Made by a program: the position numbers and the translations under genes. A DNA stretch of 64,000 bases from Vitrella brassicaformis CCMP3155 (Eukaryota > Protista > Chromerida): contig CDMY01000429.1 of the NCBI GenBank assembly GCA_001179505.1, positions 1 to 64,000 of the forward strand, read 5' to 3'. Positions 33,996 through 50,460 of this stretch are shown here, in pieces; positions within the stretch are counted from its first letter, which is position 1; each line of letters starts with the position of its first letter. Below the pieces are notes generated by a model. It did no database searches. It saw only the letters and a list, made by a program, of their open reading frames with translations, and had not been told where the DNA came from.

Positions 33996-34385
33996 ATGTC
34001 TGTCCCTGCTGATCGATCAGTTGTCTCGCTGCTCATCGCGCTGACCCTCCTCGCGGGGCTCTGCACATGTAGCGCCTCGCACATCAATCACGGCAGGGCC
34101 AAAGCCATCATCCAGTTGGCAACGACCGTCGGTAGCGCGGGGCGCGCGCGCACACAGAAATTCACACCGAGACAGACAGAGAGACAGACGATTATTGGTG
34201 CATCCGATCAATGTGATGCAGCTCGCGACGAAAAAATGACCGAGTGCACCAAAGACGATGACTGCAAAGAGATCCGGATTGATGGCAAACAGACGAAGTG
34301 CTACGAGCAGCGCTGGAACTTTAAAACAAAGACAGCGGTGAAACCCCCAAAGGGTTTTTGCAAGGTGGGACAACGCAATGAGTGA
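33996..34385 (+). CDS. Small secreted Cys-containing protein
   Basis: Leader VVSLLIALTLLAGLCTCSA. Mature part QCD..ECTKDDDCK..KCY..GFCK. A probable in-frame 69-nt intron lies near 34127-34195. Confidence 0.55.
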   Translation: MSVPADRSVVSLLIALTLLAGLCTCSASHINHGRAKAIIQLATTVGSAGRARTQKFTPRQTERQTIIGASDQCDAARDEKMTECTKDDDCKEIRIDGKQTKCYEQRWNFKTKTAVKPPKGFCKVGQRNE

Positions 34386-35326
34386 GTGAGCGAGTGAGTC
34401 ATGGACAAGCCATTCACTTGTTATATATGTATATGTATATGCATATGAATATGTGTGTGTCCATACAGACAGCAGGAGAACGCGGAGACCGGTGGGCGGG
34501 CAAAGACACATAGCCTGAGTCGGACATCATGTGGATTGATTGTCTGTGCGCGCGTGTGTGTGTGTGCTAACTGCGATGCATGTCTGCAGCTGGTAAGCCA
34601 CACGTAAGCATATGTACATCTTCATACATTCTGCACGTGTGCATCTGTACAGCTCGCCGTCCCATACATGTGGAACATACAGTGGACACAAAAAGGTACC
34701 GAGGCGAGACATGGTAGGAACGTACTTGGCAAGGGAGTCTGCAACGAGGAATTACTCATGTCTGAACCAGCTGGGTGCCGGAGGATTTGTATGCCACAGG
34801 CAGAGTGACGTTCTGTGGGGATAGGCGTTGTGGACTGGTGTCCATAGGAACCTGACATGAGAACGAAGTGCCGTTGAATGAGTACGAACGATCACTTTCA
34901 GTCAACACGCACGGTGCTGTTGCATATACAGCGAAACCTACCTCGAACTCTGAACCGCAAACGGAGGCCTTGGACTAATGTCTATGGGACTCATGTGTGC
35001 GTTGCTGGACCGGACCGATGTGCGTGTCGATTGGCGGGGCTCAATTGCCTGGTAGGCGTGATGCGCTCGTGTGTGTATCGTCCAACGAAAACATACATGT
35101 ATGGTCTCTCTGTGGGTGCCGTGCGTGTGTGTTTTCCTACGGCACGGCAGCCAGTCCAGGAGGGTGGTTCATACGGCTGCGGGAGTCAGTGAGGAACGAG
35201 GCACATCTCCAGTCGTGTCGGCCGACTAAACAGACGACTTATACGATTCATCTACACGGCACCGGTGCCTCCTCCCTCTCTCCCTCCACACATAGACGTG
35301 TGTATGTACACATGTGGTCAGCCAGG

Positions 35327-35529
35327 TCAGCCCTCCAGCAGCGCCTCTAAGTCACGCGCGAACGCATCATCACCGGCCGCCTCGGGCACCGCTACTTCTG
35401 ATGCTGATGCCGCAGCTTTCTTGCGCCGCTTTGGGGAGCGGCCACTCCCCGCGTCGTATGGTGCGTCGGCCGGTGGCTGCTGGTCGGTGAGTTGCAGGGG
35501 AGCCGCGGATGAGGGAAGAGCTGACTCGG

Positions 35530-35562
<33 letters not shown>

Positions 35563-35857
35563 ACGCTGACGCACCTGAGGTAAAAACAGATGGGTGTATG
35601 TCGGTGATCTCCCTGTTTCTGTGTGTCATGTCAGCCAGAGTCCTTTGTGCCTTCTCACCTCCGTCTGCATCTCCACCTCCATTTCCATGGCCATACTCGT
35701 CCACCTCACGTTGGCTCTGTCGCTTGAGGAGATCCCCCTCCTCGGCCATCAGTTGCTTGAGGGAGGCATCCACTTGCCTCTCCAGCTCCACCAGCAGGAT
35801 CCTCTCACGCTTGAGCACACGCAGCTCCTGCTGACCACTCAAGTGGCTGCACAACAT
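35327..35857 (-). CDS. Hypothetical coiled-coil protein with poly-Ala and a basic NLS-like motif
   Basis: Open frame with ELRVLKRERILLVELERQVDASLKQL, a poly-Ala from a (GCA)n tract and PKRRKK. Divergent from the monooxygenase gene. Confidence 0.45.
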
Positions 35858-35965
35858 GACGCGCACCTCTGTATGCGAGCTAAGCTCGCAGACGCTCGGG
35901 GTCTCGAAGCGCTCAGAAGGGCTTTTCAAGCAGGAGAGTGGCGCCAGCATTGCATAGGGGCAGGC

Positions 35966-39730
<3,765 letters not shown>

Positions 39731-41210
39731 TCCATCAAGAGGGAGGGATGGAGGGAGGGAGGGGGGCGTGTGGTTGTGTTGTGTTGTGCAATGTAGGCCA
39801 GTCAAGTCTGTTGTGGTTTGTTTTTTGTTTCTGGGTGGCTTGTGGGTGGGTGTGACGTGTCGGCTGAGGTGGCGTGACTTTATTCAGCGAGGCAGGCAGG
39901 CAGGCAGGCAGGCAAGCCCCCGAGACGGGGAGAGGTATGATGGTACGTGCCTTGCTCGGTTTGGTGGGGTGCACTGGCAGTAGGGAATTGGGTGGCTGGG
40001 TGTGTTTTATATTCTAAAGCACGCAGACACACACCCACACACGTGTGCCTTCATATGTGTCCTTCGTGTCTGTGGACGACGTGGCGTTGGCTGCATTGCA
40101 ATGTGTCCGTTGGTTCTTGTTGCTTCTGAGGGCTTACGAGGGCTGGCTTGGCTGACGGGCTTGGTTCCACTCATCTCAGAGAGTGGGTGAGTGAGATATT
40201 TGGGCGTGGCGTCCGTCGTGAGTGTGTCCACAACAAGGGGGCTCGGGAAGTCGATGGATCGGTGCAGTTGCCTGTGTTGCGTGTGTGATTGTGCCTCTGT
40301 GTGTGTGCCTCTGCGCGTGTCCTTTAAGAGAGAGTAGAAAGACCATTGACGGAGAGAGAGAGGAAGTATGTGTGCGTGTGTGTGTGCGTGCGTGTTGGTC
40401 TTTTTCGTACGAGTAAGAAAAGTAGGTAGGTAGGTAGGTAGGTGTTTTTGCCTCACACTGAGTCAGCCCAGCGTCACATGCTACCGGCGGCGTTTCGTCT
40501 GCTCTCCTCCCAGAGACCAGACCATACACACACTAACTGCAGAGGTGGATGCATCTGACGTGACACGCAGCAGTGAGTGAGTGAGTGAGTGAGGGGCGGG
40601 GGGACGTACACACATATACACATTGACGAGGGAGAGCCGCGTTACGTACGCACAGACCTGCAGACGATGACAGAGTGTCTGTCTGTCAGACTGACTGACT
40701 GACGTCAGTCACTGAGACTGACGCTCATCTACACACACACGTGTTTTCTCCACATATGACCCTCACATATATAATTATTCTGTGATGAATGAACACACAC
40801 ACACACGCACTCGGCGTCCATGAGAGTGAGACCTTTCGTGTGGGGTTTTGATCGCGCGAGCGGTGGACGAGGGGGGGAAGAATATATTTGTCAATATTGA
40901 AGCGTTTCATCCCCACAAACCAGACCGCACAGCAGGCAGCACACCATATTGCCGACTACTTTTGACACATATAATCATAGCTTCGGGGGTCTGTTTGTGC
41001 GTGTGATTATGTGTGGGTATGCTGTCGGAACGCAATGAGAGCGCCTCACACACAAGAACGTCACACACAGACTATGTGCCACTCGCGCGACAAGAGTGGC
41101 AGCTGCTGGCCAGCCATCAGGCACCCCCGACATACAGACACACACGTAGACAGACACAAGGCCTTACACACACAAACACACATCAGACCACGACCATTGT
41201 TACACAGTGT

Positions 41211-43917
41211 CTACCGCTTGTACTTCGCCATGATCTCTATGATCTCCGGCTCTTCCTCCGCCATATCCCACGGCGTCTTCCCCTGTCGTTGAGCACATCA
41301 CTCGACCCATCGATGGTGTGAATGTCTGTGTGCACTCACCTCGTTGTCTTTGATGTCGACCAGAGCACCGCCGCCCCACTCGAGCCTTTGAGGATGACAC
41401 AGAGGCAGAGAGAGAGTGGGTGAGACACTCGCGTCAGTCAGTCATCTGTGTCGCTCACAGCTGAGACACAGCTGCAGAGTTGCCATGGCGCGCAGCCCCC
41501 CATACAGCCCAATGGAGTGCCGTCCTGTTGTCCTGTGTGTGTCATGCAAACAGGCAAAGGCAATCAGACAGATGAGAGGCATTCTGTTTCTGTTTCGCGT
41601 GTGAGGTCTGACCTCGTCCTTCTGAGTGAGAAGCTCTTCCCCTCCTTTGGCATACAAAACCTCCATCACCTCGACATGACCAATGCCGGCAGCAAAGAAG
41701 AATGGCGTCTTGCCAAACTGCAATCAAGACACACGCACACACACAATCGACACAAAGGAGGTGTCAGAGACGTGTGTGTGCTCTGTTGCCTTGTCGGCTG
41801 CATCGATCAGTTCGGGATTCCACTCCAGCAGCTGATTGACAGCCGCAACATGACCATCGTAGGCAGCGAGGTGCAGGGCATTCTTTTTATCCTGCATTGC
41901 ATCACAGCCAACACACACATCGCTCCTCATCACCAGCAGCACAGATCATTCTGTGTCTGTGTCGGTACCGCGTACGTCTGCTGTTTGCTGCAGTACGTCA
42001 GGTTTGCTCTCATGGATGACTTTCATGACGCTCACGTGACCCTCCTGTGCAGCCACGAGGAAGGGCGTCATCTGCGCGCGGGAATGAGAACACACAGCCA
42101 GACCACTGAGCGCATTTCTGTCGTCTTTACGATTGCATACCTTGAAGGTGTTTCGTTTGTCGAGTATGTCCTTGCCGTCTCGGGCGATGAGCGAACGAAC
42201 GTCTTGCGTATCGCCGGCCTTGGCGGCATCGAAAATGTCATTCTGACACAAGCAGCACAAGAACAGCGGCCAATTGACGTGTGGGGTTCAGCTGCCGTCG
42301 CCCTTACGTGTTTGATCTGTGGCTTGGACCGGCGCGGGTGCTGGGGAGGGGCCTCGGTCGCTGAGCTTGTCCAGCAGCTTATTGCAATATGCAGCACACC
42401 AGATGCACAGACAGACATAGTGCAGACGACATTGGCTATGCAACATAGCGTACACATTGGCCCTTTCATTGACATCGCCCTAATCCGACCTCTTGTGCGC
42501 TCGGCCGGCTTTTGGCATTGAAGGCGAAACAGCTCTGATTGGCCACGCGAACAACGAGAGAGTCACATCCACCATTTATGCAGCACTGTGCGCCCAATGT
42601 CTTGCCTGGATGGCCTGTTTGACATTGACGGGGGCACTCTGGGGGATAGGGGGCGTCTGCACGACACAGAGACACGCGTGCTGACAGATGTTGGTCCACA
42701 CAGTTGTGCAGCCGCACACCTCTTTGTTATCGTATATCTTCTGCTTGATTTGTCCCTTGCTGAGGCCGGCGAAGGGCGGAGACGCTGCAGACACAAATGG
42801 CATACCGACGCACCTGTCTGACGTCCTGTCTGCCGTGGTCTCTGTGTCTCACTCACTCACCGCCGAATATCTCAGCAAAGATCAGCCCGACTGACCAGAT
42901 GTCCGACTTGAGCTCCAACTTGGGCCCTGAGAGACGTCAAGAGTCTCATGAGGTGTCTGTGTGTGTCATGCTGTGGTCACTTTCTGTGAGGGCCTCTGGA
43001 GAGGCATACACTGGAGTTCCCGCTGGAACCACGGATCCAATGGGTCGCTCTGAAAGATACATGATTTGCGTCTTCTCACCGAACTCAATGAAGCTCAGGT
43101 GCGACCTCTGGTCCGGCATAACCCAAGCTAGACCAAAGTCTGAGAGCTTCACATTTCCATCGTTGTCCAACTGCACATCAAGCAGCGGAGACACACGGAT
43201 GCGTACACAGAGAATGTGACTGCTGTATGTCCCAGTCACCAGAACGTTGTCAGGCTTGAGGTCGCGATGGCCGATGCCGTGGCTATGAGCATGGATCAGG
43301 CCCTCACATATCTGGCAAACACAAAACACCGATATTCGCGTCGAAGTGGGAAGCGTATCGCCCGCCTCACCTGCTTGGCATATTTATACTGCAGGTGCTC
43401 AGGGACTTCCCCCGCCCTCTGACGCAGTTTCTTGAGGCACTTGTCCAGTGAGTCCTCGTAATATTCTGCAGAAGGGACGGCATGCAATGTTCTGTCTGTT
43501 GTTGTATCCTCACCCATGACGAGAAAGGGGATTTTCCTGCCGTAGCACACGCCCAGCAACTTCACCACGTGCGGGTGCTGCAGACGGGCCAATGCGTCCG
43601 CTTCCTGTAGAACTCTGTCTTTCAGACCCTGCACAGTTGCACGTCCGGCCCAGCCGATGTCATTGCCGCCGATTACACATTGCTACCTCTTTGCCCAGTA
43701 CGTCTTCCAGTTCCCTTTTGGCCCTCTTGATGGCGACTCTCCGATCCCCCCACATGGCCCTGTACACCAATGCGAAACCGCCGCCTCCTGACAGGGCAGT
43801 CCACCCAAACGAGTGTCCGGTGTGTGAATGAGTCGGCTCCGTGTTTCTCACCAACGTAGTCTTCTTCTTCATCCCAGTGAAGATCATGGATGTTAATTAC
43901 GCAAGGGCGCGCTTTCT
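41211..43917 (-). CDS. Protein kinase (TKL-like N-lobe) fused to C-terminal ankyrin repeats, paralogue 1; 5' end unresolved
   Basis: GGGGFALVY, VAIK, VKLLGVC, HRDLKPDN, DFG, GTPVYASPE, KSDIW, then ankyrin exons NDIFDAA / TPFLVAAQEGHV / KKNALHLAAYDGH / KTPFFFAAGIGH / GKTPWD. An acceptor at about 43917 implies a missing upstream exon. Confidence 0.88.
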
Positions 43918-45535
43918 AATGAAATTTGGGGGGCGACGGGAGTGATAGGTAACTATAGGTGCATCAGGACCGCATGATGCCCGCTGTCACATGAGACGCG
44001 TGCGGCCCCCAGTCTCCTTCAGGCTGTCGAGAAAATCGTGATTCGATCCAAAGGCGAGACCCGCCTCGCCAGATAAGCATCGGGCAAGGACCGCGTCTAC
44101 ACCACACTGTCAGCGCCATCGCCCTCGTCAATTTAAGCCCACTTTCAGCCCCGTCCGTGACCAGGAGCCAGATCTACGGGCACTTCTATCCTGGGCTGGG
44201 TGGGAGCCAGCTCTCCCCACGGTGCTGCCCGCATGTGAACCGCATTGATGAGAGCTACCATTCGTCCATACAACCCACCGCCCCACTCGGCCTGTGACGC
44301 CCTCCATCGGACACTCTCCATCGGACACAGATGGTGAGTTCCCTCCACTCACGTCACAGGATGAGTGCCCCGGCGGGGCACCCGACGAGATGGGTGGTGG
44401 GTGTTTCTCTACAGGGTGGCCGGCTATATTGACCATGCATGGCTGATGTGAGACATCCATGGCCGGCCACCTCGTGGCCAGTCAGGCCAGGATCACGGCC
44501 GTCNNNNNNNNNNNNNNNNNNNNNNNNNNNNNNNNNNNNNNNNNNNNNNNNNNNNNNNNNNNNNNNNNNNNNNNNNNNNNNNNNNNNNNNNNNNNNNNNN
44601 NNNNNNNNNNNNNNNNNNNNNNNNNNNNNNNNNNNNNNNNNNNNNNNNNNNNNNNNNNNNNNNNNNNNNNNNNNNNNNNNNNNNNNNNNNNNNNNNNNNN
44701 NNNNNNNNNNNNNNNNNNNNNNNNNNNNNNNNNNNNNNNNNNNNNNNNNNNNNNNNNNNNNNNNNNNNNNNNNNNNNNNNNNNNNNNNNNNNNNNNNNNN
44801 NNNGCGAAACCGCCGCCTCCTGACAGGGCAGTCCACCCAAACGAGTGTCCGGTGTGTGAATGAGTCGGCTCCGTGTTTCTCACCAACGTAGTCTTCTTCT
44901 TCATCCCAGTGAAGATCATGGATGTTAATTACGCAAGGGCGCGCTTTCTAATGAAATTTGGGGGGCGACGGGAGTGATAGGTAACTATAGGTGCATCAGG
45001 ACCGCATGATGCCCGCTGTCACATGAGACGCGTGCGGCCCCCAGTCTCCTTCAGGCTGTCGAGAAAATCGTGATTCGATCCAAAGGCGAGACCCGCCTCG
45101 CCAGATAAGCATCGGGCAAGGACCGCGTCTACACCACACTGTCAGCGCCATCGCCCTCGTCAATTTAAGCCCACTTTCAGCCCCGTCCGTGACCAGGAGC
45201 CAGATCTACGGGCACTTCTATCCTGGGCTGGGTGGGAGCCAGCTCTCCCCACGGTGCTGCCCGCATGTGAACCGCATTGATGAGAGCTACCATTCGTCCA
45301 TACAACCCACCGCCCCACTCGGCCTGTGACGCCCTCCATCGGACACTCTCCATCGGACACAGATGGTGAGTTCCCTCCACTCACGTCACAGGATGAGTGC
45401 CCCGGCGGGGCACCCGACGAGATGGGTGGTGGGTGTTTCTCTACAGGGTGGCCGGCTATATTGACCATGCATGGCTGATGTGAGACATCCATGGCCGGCC
45501 ACCTCGTGGCCAGTCAGGCCAGGATCACGGCCGTC
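43772..45535. repeat. Apparently identical 732-bp direct duplication across a gap (probable scaffolding artefact)
   Basis: 43772-44503 matches 44804-45535. The offset of 1032 equals 732 plus the 300-N placeholder. Confidence 0.85.
44504..44803. other. Assembly gap (300 N)
   Basis: N run. Confidence 0.99.
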
Positions 45536-46049
45536 TCCCAAGCGAAGCAACCGAGAGGGGTTGTCTGCAGTGATGCAGTGATTCACTGAATGAATGAATG
45601 AACGAATGAATGAATGAATTAATAAATGAATTGAATGACAATATTAATGATTCATCATTGATTGTTGACTGACAAGCAAGCACACAATCGTGTGGCTCGA
45701 GAGAATGACAGAGCGATTCGTTCGTCCACGCCTTATCCAGCGGCCCGTCCCATTGCAGAATCACTATCATTACACTGATGTGTGAGACCTCCAAAGAGGA
45801 GCAGAGCGATCACAGGAGTGCACGCTGAAGTCTGTTTTATCATGAGAAAAAGTCCGTTTCAGGTGATAACGAATTAGACACAGACACCAGCTAGACAGAA
45901 AGACACACCGCACACATCTCCCCCGCTGCCCTTTGGGCTCTCTGCACTGCAACACAAAAGTGGCAGCTGCTGTTTATCAGGCAAACGCAGCTGGACAGAC
46001 ACAAGGCCTTACACACTTCACACACACATCAGAGTCAGACCAGAAGAAC

Positions 46050-49000
46050 CTATCGCTTGTACGGCCGCATGATCTCTCTGATCTTCGGCTTGTCATATTT
46101 CACCGTATAGTCCCACGGCGTCTGCCCCTGTTGTGATGAGATGAGATGAGCACACCACTCGACCCATCGATGGTGTGAATGTCTGTGTGTACTCACGTCA
46201 TTGTTTTTGATGTCCAGCAGAGCACCGCCGCCCCACTCGAGCCTTTGAGAATGACACACACAGGGAGAGAGAGAGAGAGTGTGTGGATGAGATGTTCGCG
46301 TCAGTCAGTCATCTGTGTCCCTTACAGCTGAGACACAGCCGCAGATTTGCCACAGCCTGCAGCCCTATGGAGTGCCGTGTCTCCAAGCTGTGTGTGTCAT
46401 GCACACAAAGGAAAGGCAATCAATCAGATGAGAGAAGACTGTGTGGTCTCACCTTGTTGGTCTGTGTGAGCAGTTTTTCCCCTCCTTCGGCATACATTGG
46501 CTCCAACACATCGACATGACCATTTCCAGCAGCCATTATGAATGGCGTGTTGCCACGCTGCAATCAACACACACGCACAGACACACACTGAGGCGTCGGA
46601 TACATGTGTGTGCTCTCTTACCTTGCCGCGTGCGTCGATCAGTTTGGGATCCCACGACAGCAGCTGATTGACCGCGGCAAGACGGCCATACTCAGCAGCC
46701 CAATGCAGGGCATTCTCACCATACTGCATACCATCACAGCAACACACATCTCCTCCTCATCATGACCAGTAGCAGCACACAAGATGGTTTGTCTGTGTCG
46801 GTACCTCGTCTGTTTGCTTCAGTACGTCCGGTTTTCTCTCATGGATGACTTTCATGACGCCCACGTGACCCTCCTCTGCAGCCAACAGGAAGGGTGTCCT
46901 CTGCAGGAATGAGAGCACACAGACAGACCACTGAGGGCATTCCTTTCATTTTGACCACTGCGTACCGCCGCGTATCCGTATCGTTTGTCGAGTATGTCCT
47001 TGCCCTCCTTTGCGATGAGCAAACGAACCGACTCCTCATCGTTGTCCCTGACCGCTTTGAAGATGTCATTCTGACACACACCCAGCACAAGAACAGCGGC
47101 CCATTGACAAATGGGGTTCAGCTGGTGTCTTCCTGACGTGTTTGATCTGCGGCTGTGGGGCGCTCGGCGGTGTCTTCACTACCCGAAGCTGGCTTAAGAG
47201 TCCTGCACGACACACACAGAGCCACAGCAATATATTTATTATTATTTCACGACACACAGAGCATGGATTGCTGTCGCTCTCTCTCTGTCTGTGTGTGTGT
47301 GTGTGTGTGTGTCCCCGCAGACCTCTGTGCTGTGAGGGCGGCTGAGAGGTCTTGGCCAGACTGCTTGTCGGCCCCGTTGTGGTGCTGACAGTGCTCATGT
47401 GGACACCCGACGAATGGCCGACGGGAGACACACTTGTTCTTGGCGAGGCAGCCGCTGCAGACCACAACGAGAGACACAATGACGAACACTTCTTATGTCC
47501 GACTCGAGAAGGTGTGAAGATGGACTTTGTCGCTTTGAGCTTCCAAACAGCCACCTCAGCGGGCCCTTGTGCGATGGCTCAGCAGCCATGTTCTCCTTTG
47601 CCGTGTCCGTGTCCCTGTCTGGTTGGGGAGGGGAGGGAGTCGGAAGAGGCGAGATCTTCAACTTGTCGAGGACCTGCCATCAAGACGCATCAAGTGTATG
47701 AGCCTTCCTTCCCTTTGTGTGGATGTGACTTGTCGGGCTGTGGGACGACTGGCCGCCTTAAAGGCAAAACAACTCTGATAGACGCAAAGAGGGGAAAGGA
47801 GGTAGTGAAGGAGAGAGAGAAAAGTAACACATATCGTCGGTTGGTCTGCCTTGATGGCGTCCTTGATGTGCGGCGGCAGAGATGCCGGGATGGCGGGGAT
47901 CTGACATGAAAGGCGACACGTGGTAACAGCAGAGCCATAGCAGTCTGATGACATTGTACCTCTTTCATGTTGACGACTTTGTGGCTGATCTGCGGGGGCC
48001 CTTTGCCCTCAAACGGCCGCCGACCTGCACCCAAAGTCGGTCGTGGCGCTTTGTTGTTGGGGTATGTTACAGAGGATCTGCTGCTGACCTCCGTGAATCT
48101 CCCCCAGTACTGAAGACGCCAACACACACACAGATGGACAAGAGAGAGACGATGAAGAAATAGTTGTGGGATGGCTTACTGCCGCCCAAAGCCCATATGT
48201 CCGCCTTGACGGTCAGCTTGTCCACTGAAAGACACAACCACAAGGGCCCCCAGTAACATCGACTCGCTTTGCTTACAGTCTGTGTCGAAGCCCTCGGGCG
48301 GCATATAGTTTGCGGTCCCGCCGATAAAGGTAAGTGTTGTATTCCTCTGAGCGCCGCGAATCATCCCAAAGTCGGATATTTTCAGAGTAAGGCGTTCACC
48401 CAACTGACAGACAAACAAGTGGGAGAACGACAAGAGCTCTGCAACTCTATGAAAGAGAGGCTCTCTGTCGTGGCCGACCAGAATGTTCTCCGGTTTCAGA
48501 TCTCTGTGGACGATGCCCTGATCATGCAAGTACTGCAGACCCTCACAGATCTGTGACCAACACACACACAGATGATGAAAGACACAAGAGACCTCTGTGA
48601 TGCCATGTTCCTTTCGACCTGTTTGGCGAACCTGTCTCGCACGTCGGGCGGCAGCGGCCCGTGTTTGGCCAAATAGTCCGCCAGGGAGCCGCCCTCACAC
48701 AACTCTGACGAGAATGAGAAGAGGAGACATCAGAGGGGACAAGGCCGATGGACGAGAGGAAGAATAGACTGACTACCTAGGACAATCATGAGTCCGTGTT
48801 TGTCGTCTCGGCAGACGCCCAGCAGCTGCACTATGTTGGGGTGTCGGAGCTGAGCCATCGGGAATGCCTCCTTGAGCACTTCCATGAACTGCGACTGCAC
48901 ACAAACAAACCGATCCAGCAACAAAGAGGGGGAGGCGTGTTCTTGAGGCTCTCGCTTGCTGGGCACCGCTTGGTCGAGCTCTTCATTTGCTTTGTAGATT

Positions 49001-49188
49001 TTGACGGCCACGGGCCGCCCTCGCAGCTCCCCTCGACGGACAACCCCGAACCCACCACTCCCTGAGGAACGGGATGACAGACAAACACACCCATCGGTGC
49101 AGCCAATTCGCCGGGTGGGAGAGTGGTGCTGACCGAGCTCCTTGTCGCTCACAGTGAGGTCCTTGGGGTCGATCACCAGATCGACCAT
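46050..49188 (-). CDS. Protein kinase (TKL-like) fused to C-terminal ankyrin repeats, paralogue 2; may extend further 5'
   Basis: LGSGGFGVV, VAVK, HPNIVQLLGVC, HRDLKPEN, KISDFG, GTANYMPPE, ADIWALG, then ankyrin exons NDIFKAV / GHVGVMKVIHE / ENALHWAAEYG / GHVDVL / GQTPWD..YKR-stop. Confidence 0.9.
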
Positions 49189-50354
49189 TTGAACAAGAGG
49201 AGAGGGGGGGAGGGAGATTGCGGGTTCTAAGCTCGCGCCCCCTCCCCCTTTCCGGCCGGAAGGGACCTTCGGAAGAGAAATTGGAGATCTCCGCTGTCGA
49301 TGATATGTTGCGACTTGATGAGTCTAGGGGGTAGATGAGTCTGTGGCCGAGCGGATCTTGCACCTGCAGCAGGACGAACAGTTTAACACCAACAGCACCA
49401 GGCCAGCCAGGTTGGATGGATGGCTGTGTGGCGTAGACATTGGCGTAGACAAGGCAGCTTGAGTTCATCAATCGTTCCTTGACAGTGAGTGAGGCTTCAA
49501 CCAACTTCAACCAACCAAGGCGGGCATCGTCAGTGGGAAGACCTCTGTCGACACCACACTTGCAAGGCCATTCATCATGAAAAAGAGCGGCTGAGGCACA
49601 CAGGGCACTCCACCGCCATTACACTCATCGCTCCTTCCTCACTACACCTACACGCAAAAAATGGAATATACATACATAAGCAGATACACGACGCAATGCA
49701 TCCCTACTGACTTGACGCACGCTGAGGCATGGCGTATGCAGGTGTGTAGGTATGGACCTCCGCGCCACACACGGGCCAAGACACACACACGCACGCACAC
49801 ACACACACACACGTGCGAGGACGACACGGATGGGGCCGTTGAAAACTTCGCTCTCCGCTGGACGAAAGAGCGTTAGAACAAACACACACACACACAGTGC
49901 ACACACAGACACAATGGAGACACAGCCACACGTGCATTGCAACACGCGCAGGCATGAGTACGTACGCTTTTATGTATATATATTACCGTTGTAAAGGCAC
50001 CCATCCATCGGCCGACCGAGATCGATACTTACATACCTACACCCATGTACTATGTATGGCCCGTTCGTCAGACCACACAAGCACAAGAAAACGCCACGCG
50101 ACGACACTAGCAGGCAGGCAGGTAGGTCTGCACTCCCTCCGTCGCATCCGCCCTCCCTCCCTCCCGCCCTCCCACCCAGGCAGTAACACTCAAGCGGCCT
50201 GACTGACGTACACCAACGGCCCGCTCGACTAATAGAAAAGGACGCCCGGCCCATCCTACATTCACCCATTGCCCATCGACTCAGCATCTTCCTTACTCTC
50301 CCTGTCTGTGTCTCCCCCTCCCTCCCTCCCTCCCTGGCCCGCTTGACGGACCGG

Positions 50355-50429
50355 TCAGAGCCGTGACTGTGGGCTGCCTCCCTTCCTCTCTGGGTGGAGG
50401 ATGTACTGAATGTGGCGGTAGTAACCCTG

Positions 50430-50460
<31 letters not shown>

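Noticed and set aside
44128-44460. ORF with VVWTNGSS resembling a retroelement RNase H (TDGS) motif
   Set aside because: The catalytic Asp is absent, there are no further RNase H or RT motifs and the ORF is short; chance similarity cannot be excluded.
43772-45535. Apparent tandem duplication of the kinase 5' region
   Set aside because: The copies look identical and the offset equals overlap plus the 300-N placeholder, which is typical of unmerged overlapping contig ends.
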